NCBI GenBank assembly: GCA_951406725.2
Contig: OX597835.1
Location: 39,060,001 to 39,124,000, forward strand
DNA from: Octopus vulgaris
Lineage: Eukaryota
DNA length: 64,000 nt
Reading direction: 5' to 3'
The notes under the pieces were generated by a model. That model did not search any database. It was not told the origin of the DNA and worked only from the letters and a program-made list of their open reading frames with translations. This document shows, one piece after another, positions 54,057 through 64,000 of the stretch (position 1 is its first letter; the number at the start of each line of letters is the position of its first letter). A program made the position numbers and the translations under genes.

Positions 54057-54741
54057 ATCTATAGTTCGCCGTGAAGAATTCTAGCTTATTCCTTCACCTG
54101 ATCCGCGAACAGCTCAACACCCTTACCTACTCAGGCGCTAAACCAAGTTATCAGTACTTCAACCTGTTCGGATTTTGCTATCTTTCATTGTTTCCCTTCT
54201 GAACATCTTTCTCTTTGATTAACTGTCAGTAAAGATCCGAAATAAATATACTTTCTGTTTATTAATGTCATAAACTGTCAAAGAGCCAATGAATAATACA
54301 TAATGTATAATGTATAATGTACACAGGCCTCTGACAGACCCATTGCTATCGGGCGTTTCAGAAATTCAGCTTTTCTCTTATGTACAATGTATGGCGTTTG
54401 AGGTTTCACTCCAAGAGATCCACGTCCTTTCTGCATTGTAACCACAGCTGAAGATAAATGTCAGCTTCTTATAGTAATAAATGATGAAGAATCAGGAACA
54501 ATGGTTTGCTCGGGTGTACGGGTTCACGCCAAAAACTGATTCCACAAGAGACGAAAATAAAGCCGCGGCAGTGGGGTGGGGGTCACTGCGATGAATCTGT
54601 TATTATGTACGAATTAGCCGTAAAGACGGATTATCGGGGGTCGGATTAGAGAAGATATACAGTATACAGAGACCGAGAGATTCGTGTGTTAGTACCTATC
54701 GACAACCTCTCGCTCTTTATCTCTGTCTCTATCTGTCTATT

Positions 54742-55390
<649 letters not shown>

Positions 55391-55605
55391 AAATATAGAA
55401 AAGGAATATTAATAAACATTTTATGTGGTAATCCCTCCCTCCCTCCCTCCCTCCATTCCTCTCTATCCTGTTTTTTTTCTTTTTTTTCTCTCACTTTTTC
55501 TGTTTATATACTTATCTATTGATTTTTTTCCCCTTATTGCTTTAGCAAATATATTTGAACATATCCTTCTACACATCCATACACACATGCATACACACAC
55601 ACACC

Positions 55606-55641
<36 letters not shown>

Positions 55642-55831
55642 GAGAGACAAAGAAAGAGAGAGAGGAACATATACTGACACGCACATGTTGGCGTGAGAGT
55701 ATAGCTGTGCACAACATGATCACTCGCACACACACACGCACATACGCATATATACACATATACACACACACATATATATATATATATATACGTATATAAA
55801 CATACATATATACATATTCACACACACACAC

Positions 55832-55873
<42 letters not shown>

Positions 55874-56031
55874 ATACGCTCACATATATATGCACATATC
55901 TATAAGCGTGTATACGTATATGTAAATATATGTCAATGTGTGTATACATAGATATGCTTTGGCAAATATATACATATATTTCATTCTAATTTTACGCACG
56001 CTCAAGCTTACATACATACATACATACATAC

Positions 56032-56074
<43 letters not shown>

Positions 56075-56223
56075 CATATATATACAAAGAGATATATACA
56101 TATATACACACATATATGCATATATACAAAATATATATATATACATACATATACATATATATATGTATATATTTATATATATATGTATATATATATACAT
56201 ATATATATATATACTATATATAT

Positions 56224-56359
<136 letters not shown>

Positions 56360-56373
56360 GTATATGTATATAT

Positions 56374-56456
<83 letters not shown>

Positions 56457-56954
56457 GAAGTATGCCTGTATATGGGGGATGTAAACCTAAGTGACATTTA
56501 TAGCTTGAGGCCAGATCTACACGCATGTAAACTGGTTAAAAAATCATAAACGGACTTTGACTTAATTATCCTTATCATAGTGTTTACGTCCATTCTGTGT
56601 ATGCATGTAATTTCATATATACGTGTGTGTGTGGTTGTGATCTCAATATCTTAAAGAATGCAAGGAATTCTTTATTATTTTACAGCAATTATTTCTTGCT
56701 TAAGGAACACGGAAATAAATTGTCCGATGTGTCCCTGGAGAACTTGGGCGGAAAAGCGATATTGGTTATGGTCGGATATGAATATTAATACATATTGAAA
56801 TACAGAACATGCTGCACAAGCATAGGCCTTTACAGAGATGATGGACTCACTGCATCGTACAATATGAACGGGCATTCTTTGACAACGTCAAAGATGACAC
56901 TAAGTAGTATTTCTAAATAATTCTATTTCAACATTAAAATATATTCTTTTCTTT

Positions 56955-57675
56955 TCTACTCTAGGCACAAGGCCTGAAATTTTGGGGAAAGGAGGCAGTC
57001 GATTACATCGACTCCAGTACACAACCGGTACCTAATTTATCGATCCCGAAAGGATGAAGTAGACCTCGGCGGAATTTGAACTCAGAACGTAGCGGCGGAG
57101 TAAATACCTATTTCTTTACTACCCACAAGGGGCTAAACACAGAGAGGACAAACAAGGACAGGCACACGGATTAAGTCGATTATATCGACCCCAGTGCGTA
57201 ACTGGTACTTATTTAATCGACTCCGAAAGGATGAAAAGCAAAGTCGACCTCGGCAGAATTTGAACTCAGAATGTAAAGACTGACGAAATACCTATTTCTT
57301 TACTATCCACAAGGGGCTAAACACAGAGAGGACAAACAAGGACAGACACACGGATTAAGTCGATTATATCGACCCCAGTGAGAACTGGTACTTAATTTAT
57401 CGACCCCGAAAGGATGAAAGGCAAAGTCGTTCTCGGCGGAATTTGAACTCAGAACGTAGCGGCAGACGAAATACCTATTTCTTTACTATCCACAAGGGGC
57501 TAAACACAGAGACGACAAACGAGGACAGACACGGATTAAGTTGATTATATCGACCCCAGTGTGTAACTGGTATTTATTTAATCGACCCCGAAAGGATGTA
57601 AGGAAAAGTCGACCTCGGTGGTATTTGAACTCAGAACGTAACGGCAGACGAAATACGGCTACGCATTTCGCCCGG
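56955..57675 (-). mobile_element. Concatemer of four SINE family B units (~184-bp period)
   Basis: Junctions aata|cctatttctttact at 57107, 57291, 57474; each unit lacks the A-box end. Confidence 0.9.
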
Positions 57676-57789
57676 CTTATTGCATAACACACTCTTCTAT
57701 TTTTTTGTTTTTTGCCATTCTACGGTATTTTCGCTTGTGGTAAAGCTCTGACTGGTAGCAAAAGCTTTGGGTCGAATAGATATTTTTTT

Positions 57790-58082
57790 ATTCTTTCACT
57801 TGTTTCACACATTTGAATGCGGCTATGCTGGAGCACCGTTTTGGAGGTTTTTCTTTTTATAGTCGGAGAAATCGACCCCAGGACTTATCCTTTCTAAGCG
57901 TAGAAATTATTCCATCGGTATCTTTTGACGTCCGTTATGTCACATGGACGTAAACACACTAACATCGGTTGTCAAGCGAGGGGGGGAACAAACACAGACA
58001 CAAACACACACACACGTACATACAGATATATATATATATGTGTGTGTGTGTGCATATACATGTATATATATATGTGTGTGTG

Positions 58083-58117
<35 letters not shown>

Positions 58118-58548
58118 TGTCTGACAAGCAAGGTGAAGCGGCTGACCTCCCCTGTTCGAAGGTTATAATGGACGCAGGTTCGTGTGCCATATAGCTAGCT
58201 AGAGGCGATGGCCTCTTGGAGCTAATCAGCGGCAGCTTTAGTCTTTTATTTATAGACTACCATATTAGCTTGGCGATAACTATTAATATCCAGTAACGCT
58301 GCCGTAATCTCCTTTAGAGAGACTTAGAAACTTTAATATTTCTATTTGTGTTATATATGTTATATATATATATACATACACACACATGACGGTCTTCTTT
58401 CAGTTTCCGTCTACCAGCTCCACTCACAAGGCTTTGGTCAACCCGAGGCTATGGTAGAAGACACTTGCCCAAAGTGCCACGTAGTGAGACCGAACCTGGA
58501 ACCATGTAGTTGGGAAGCAAGCGTCTTACCACACAGCCACGCCTGCTC
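57790..58548 (-). mobile_element. SINE family A with a ~230-bp unknown insert (58115-58345) in its microsatellite
   Basis: Tail/body 57790-58010, head 58386-58548. Confidence 0.82.
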
Positions 58549-58610
58549 CTAGTATAATGAAATTTTTCATATTGTAACGGATAATTTGGCTTCTGCTTTC
58601 TATAAACAAC

Positions 58611-58881
<271 letters not shown>

Positions 58882-59404
58882 AGTTTGAGTGTATTTCACT
58901 TGGGAAGTTCATTGAAACTGATGGTGTTTATCTTGGTAAGGATGGAACCGACATCTGTTGTGCAAAAGAGATGTTCTTCTTGCACGTAGACAGGTCCTGT
59001 CCCTGACCAAAAGCCAAATGCTATTTACAGAGGAAAACGATGACGCGATTCATATTTGTAATTTTTGAATCAGACCGCGATTAGACTCATTCTATTATAT
59101 AAGTTCTTCCGTTTCGAGATAAGAATAACCTTCCGAGACAAACTCGCTTCGTAAAAGAATGCATCAAATCCAGGCTGTATTCCAACTCCTTCAATTCGAC
59201 CGTAAGCAGACTAGAACTCTTGAAATATCAAGCTGGAATATTAAAACGCACAATATTGGTAAACAAGAAATAAATTCAAAGGGGAATCAGCCAGGATCGA
59301 ATAAGAACCTGGATTCTATCCCTTAAACTGAGAAGCAACCGCACACCAATTCTCATCGAAGGCACATAGCAGGAATACCAACTCAAAAACCAAGACTATC
59401 TCTT

Positions 59405-59518
59405 TCTCTCTTTCTCTTTTACTTGTTTCAGTCATTTTACTGCGTCCACGCTGGAGCACCGCCTTTAGTCGAGCAAATCGACCTCAGGACTTATTCTTTA
59501 GAAGCCTAGTACTTATTC

Positions 59519-59567
<49 letters not shown>

Positions 59568-60006
59568 GTATGTATGTATATTACGAATAAGAAAATGGAG
59601 AACTTTTGAACATTAAAATGTTAACTTATTTATTTATTAAATTGATAATTATAATAACATACATACATATAGTATATTATTCTTTGCATATAAGATAAGG
59701 ATACCAGTAATTATTATAAAAGACATGAATATAAATTGGTAAAGTAACTTACAGCTGTTTCAGCCAATAGATAAAAGTACCTCATTCTTAAGTGGATTGA
59801 GGTGATAGGCAGATGAATATATATATATATATATATATATATCCACGGGCTTCTTTCGGTTTCCGTCTACCAAATCCACTCACAAGGCTTTGGTCGGCCC
59901 GAGGCTATAGTAGAAGACACTTGTCCAACATGCCATGCAGTGTGAATGAACCCGGAACCATGTGGTTGGTAAGCAAGCTACTTACCACTTAGCCACGCCT
60001 GCGCCT
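59405..60006 (-). mobile_element. SINE family A with a Penelope-terminus-like insert carrying a half hammerhead (59747-59816)
   Basis: SINE tail 59405-59520, head 59843-60006; insert has minus-strand TTGGC-T-GAA-ACAGCTGT-A-AGT as at 26299-26313 but no intact CUGAUGA. Confidence 0.75.
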
Positions 60007-60099
60007 ATCGGTTTTTTTCTTTATATTTTTCTCTCACTCACGTATCATGTCTCCTTTTCTCACATTGCCAGGATATTTCACAAATTACTTATAACTGGA

Positions 60100-61120
60100 A
60101 AACGGTGAGCTGGCAGAATCGTTAGCACGCCGAGTAAAATTCTTAGTGGCATTTCGTCCGTCATTATGTTCTGAGTTCAAATTCCACCGTCGACTCTGCT
60201 TTTTATTTCTTTCGAGGACGATAGAATAAATACCAGTAACGCACTGGGGTCGATGTAATCAACTTACCCTCTCCCATCGAACTTGTTGGCCTTGATACCA
60301 ACATTTGAAACCAATATATATATAACATACTTAAATAAATCATCGAGTTGGCAGAATTGTAAGCATGCCGGTTAAAATGTTTTTCGGTATATCGTTCGTC
60401 TTTTCTTCGTGAGTTCAAATTCCGCCGAGGTCGACTTTGTCTTTCGTCCTTTCGGGGCCGGTGGCGGTGGTGGTGGGGCCATGTAATCAACTAGCCCCCT
60501 CTCCGAAAATTGCTGGCTTTGGACCAAAATTTGAAACCATTAGTATTATTATGCATTGCTCACAAGGCGTCGAGCTGGCAGAATTGTTAACACGACGGAC
60601 ATAATGCTTAACGGCATTTTGTCCTTTACGTTCTGAGTTCAAATTCCACCGAGGCCGACTTTGCTTTTTATCTTTTCAGAGTCGATAAATTAAGTAACAG
60701 CTGAGTACTGGGGTCGATGTATTCGACTTAACCCCTCCCTTAAAATGTCAGGCCTCGTACCTTCAGTAGAAAGAAACATAATCGTTAGCACGCCGAGCGA
60801 ACTGATTAACGTCATTTAGTCCGTTCTTAAAATCTGTGTTCAAATTTCGCCGAGATCGATATTGCTTTTCATCCTTTCGGGGCCGACAAATTAAGTACCA
60901 GTTGCTGGCTTTGGACTAAAACTTGAAACCATTCGTATTATTATTCCTTGTTTATAAGGCGGCGAGCTTTCATAATCGTTAATACGCTGTGTGAGATGCT
61001 TAACATTTTGTCCTTCTTTACGTTCTGAGTTCAAATTCCACCGAGGCTGATGCCATTGACTTAAACCCCCAACACACACCAAAATTTCAGGCTTTGTACC
61101 TTTAGTAGAAAGGATTATTA
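60100..61120 (+). mobile_element. Cluster of ~5 diverged, same-strand SINE family B copies
   Basis: gagctggcagaat.gtta...gagttcaaattcc.ccg recurs at ~60102, 60343, 60565, 60780, 60956. Confidence 0.85.
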
Positions 61121-61229
61121 TGCATTTAGTGAAAGCACCGGGTGAAAGATCAATTCCAATTAAAGTTTAATGTCCTGCCTAGTATTGTGTTCAAGTTGGA
61201 AAGATTTTGAGTTCCTTGTAGGCTGCCTA

Positions 61230-61850
61230 TCCATGGTTTTCTTTGCTTTGTACATGGTCAGCTCGACGATGTTGTGATCCGAGAGTAGCGTCGGTGTCAC
61301 TTTCACATTATGGATGAGATCCATATTATTTGTGAAGCAGAGATTTAGTATTCTATGGTTGGTTGGTGTACTAATTGTTCCATGTACAAAGTCCTTGTTC
61401 GCATCACGCCATTACTGAGAGAGAAAGGCCCTCAGGCCATCCGACAGAGGGCAGATTGAAGTCGCCCATAAGAAGTACACTTATGTGTTGTTCTAATGTA
61501 ACTAGAACTTCAATTTTTGCAAGGTAGTCTTCAGGCTTGTCTTCATGATTCGGAGCATCTGGAGGGCGATATGTAGTACATATAACTACACCGATTGTCT
61601 TTTATGTACAATTAGTGTGTCACATGCTGAATTTGAGTGTGACATAGGGACCTGTGGTGTGAGGTCTTCGCGGATGTACATAGCAGCTCCACCATGACTC
61701 CTTTCTTTCTTGTTGGTCCGTAATACAACATACTGTGGTATGTGTATTTCTGCATTTGCTATATCTGGTTTCAGGTGTGTTTCCGTAAGTGCTATGCATA
61801 AGGCTTGATTGCATGCAACAAGGTCTCTCAGGAAATGAAATTTGTCCTAA
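61230..61850 (-). pseudogene. CR1-like LINE AP-endonuclease domain remnant
   Basis: Minus translation TTYRPPDA; VLLMGDFNLP; PT...ILNLCFTN; LLSDHNIVEL. Confidence 0.85.
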
Positions 61851-61895
61851 GTGTTAACAGTCCCCTGATGTATATGTAAATACATTCTTAGATGC

Positions 61896-61941
<46 letters not shown>

Positions 61942-62047
61942 ATATATATATGTATATACATCCATCCATCCATCCATACATACATACACACATACATATA
62001 TATATATATATACATACATATATATATACACATATATATATATATAC

Positions 62048-62120
<73 letters not shown>

Positions 62121-62197
62121 GATGGATGCATATACATATATATATATATATGTATATATATATGTATATATATGCATATATATATACATATATATAA

Positions 62198-62249
<52 letters not shown>

Positions 62250-62792
62250 TATATATATATATATATGTATAGATATGCATATATATGGGTATATATATGT
62301 ATGTATATATATATATATAATATATAAGTTATTATATACATGTGTGTGTGTACATAAGTTCGGATATGCATTACCGTGTACATATCTACATGAATATTAT
62401 ATTCATGCATATATGTATGCATATATATGTGTGTGTGTATTTATGTATGTATATACGTGTTTATGTATATATTTGTGTGTGCGTGTATGTGTGTGTGCGT
62501 GTATGTGTGCGTGCGTGTATGTGTGTGTGCATATGGTCTCACTTAATTAACAACATTGCAGTAATCTTCATTACATCTGTGTGCTCTGAAATGATTGTAC
62601 GACCAGCACTTGATCTTCAAAGCATCAAGCATATCTGACAGATAAGATTCGGTTTTATGTTCCTTTACAAACCAAGATTACTCTAGCAGATTTTCCCCAA
62701 GAACTATACAGGTGTTATTACAATAATCATATGACAAATCATTGCTAGATATATGTTGGGCTTCACAAATTCGAGTGTGCTATGTGGTTATA

Positions 62793-63714
62793 CAGTGTGT
62801 CCATAAATTCTCTTTACAATTTTAAAATTTTATTACAAAGGCAGTTGACAAAATATCTTAACCAGATTTGTTTTATTGTAATAATTATTTATTAAAGTTT
62901 TTTTAACTGTTATTTAATAGACCTCAATATGGGCAGCATTAGTTGCGCGAAGCACATCAAGATGGTACTCGATTTCTTGCCATGTTCGCTGTAGGATAGC
63001 CTCATCAGCAGTGGCAATGGCATTACGAATGCTTTGCTTCAAGTCAGCAATGTCCCGTATTTTTGTTTGATACACGATATCTTCTACATAACCCCATAAA
63101 AAGAAGTCCAAGGGAGTGATATCTGGCGAACGCGGTGGCTGTGGAATTGGCCCATCCCTTCCAATCCATCGGTCTGGAAATGTTTGATTGAGGAACTGAC
63201 GAACATGCCGTCCCCAATCTAGTCGTGCACCATCTTGCTGGGAACTGATGGTTGGTTGTAAATCAATCAGTTGTGGTGCCACATATTCGGTCAGAAGGTC
63301 GAGGTAAACATCTGCAGTAATTGTTGCCTCGTTGAAGAAAAATGGATCAATTATTCGATTGCACATGATTCCACACCACACATTCACTTTTGGACTATTC
63401 TGTTGAAGCTCCCTAGTCACAGGGGGGTGTCCTGATCCCCAGATTCTCACATTGTGTCTGTTTAATTTCCCTGAAACATGAAAAGTCGCCTCGTCACTAA
63501 AACAAACTCGCTTGAGAAATGCGTCATCCTCATTTTATAGGGGTTCAGTGAATCAGTTCCCTTCCATCAACAGAGTATCTGAAACACAAAAGTTTAATAT
63601 CAATAAAAACTTTAATAAACAATTATTAAAATAAAACAAATCTGGTTAAAATATCTCATCAACTGCCTTTGTAATAATTTTTTTAAATTGTAAAGAGACT
63701 TTATGGACATCCTG
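62793..63714 (-). mobile_element. Internally deleted Tc1/mariner DD41D (rosa/Visitor-type) transposon with ~110-bp TIRs
   Basis: TA|cagtgtgtccataaattctctttacaattt ... aaattgtaaagagactttatggacatcctg|TA; TIR similarity continues to ttattaaagttttt. Confidence 0.92.
62914..63530 (-). pseudogene. DD41D transposase catalytic domain (open frame, N-terminus deleted)
   Basis: VCFSDEATFHVSGKLNRHNVRIWG...QQD-(41 aa)-DFFLWG with PRSPDITPLD; includes ORF 62914-63450. Confidence 0.9.
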
Positions 63715-63809
63715 TATAACACGCATTTGGCAGGGGATGTCGGTCACCGCAGCTATATTTCCAATTCTCACACGGATGATGAGACTTATCACAAGATCTT
63801 ACACTAAAG

Positions 63810-64000
63810 GTAAAGAAAAACAGATTAACAACTGCTTTTGGAGCGTAAGACCCCTTGTAAATCCTAAGAATCGTTCTGAACGGTGGACTGCGCTTCTTGC
63901 CAAAGAACAACTTCCCCTCAACATATACATAGCAGCGCATTTAGCGCTGGCGAAAACCGTTTGACGAAAGCTTTGTCTGAACTTAAATATTCTGAGTTAG
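63810..64000 (+). pseudogene. RTE LINE AP-endonuclease N-terminus remnant
   Basis: WSVRPLVNPKNRSERWTALLAKEQLPLNIYIAA resembles RTE WNVRTL...RPERRTAL.A.EL...NIDIAAL. Confidence 0.7.

Noticed and set aside
56955-57675. Regularly spaced repeat array as CRISPR or satellite
   Set aside because: Whole units are SINE B sequence; no unique spacers

Overview
AT-rich, microsatellite-saturated animal genomic DNA. The SINE repertoire resembles that of octopus/coleoid cephalopods, which is an inference from recalled repeat families, not a database result. No host protein-coding gene can be supported; nearly all ORFs in the supplied track are translated microsatellites. The window is a stack of decayed mobile elements: at least four tRNA-derived SINE families (many copies, some multimeric or chimeric), LINE fragments (RTE, CR1-like, Tx1/L1-like, R4/Dong-like), Tc1/mariner remnants of three catalytic classes (DD34D, DD37D, DD41D), pogo/Tc2, hAT and piggyBac MITEs, a non-autonomous Helitron and a Penelope-like GIY-YIG fragment. 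The most notable hidden signal is a dozen or so minimal type I hammerhead ribozyme motifs (CUGANGA...GAAA with palindromic stem III) in at least four unrelated sequence families. They sit in short Penelope-terminus-like modules inside microsatellites, including a three-hammerhead inverted/tandem cluster at 28.76-29.33 kb.
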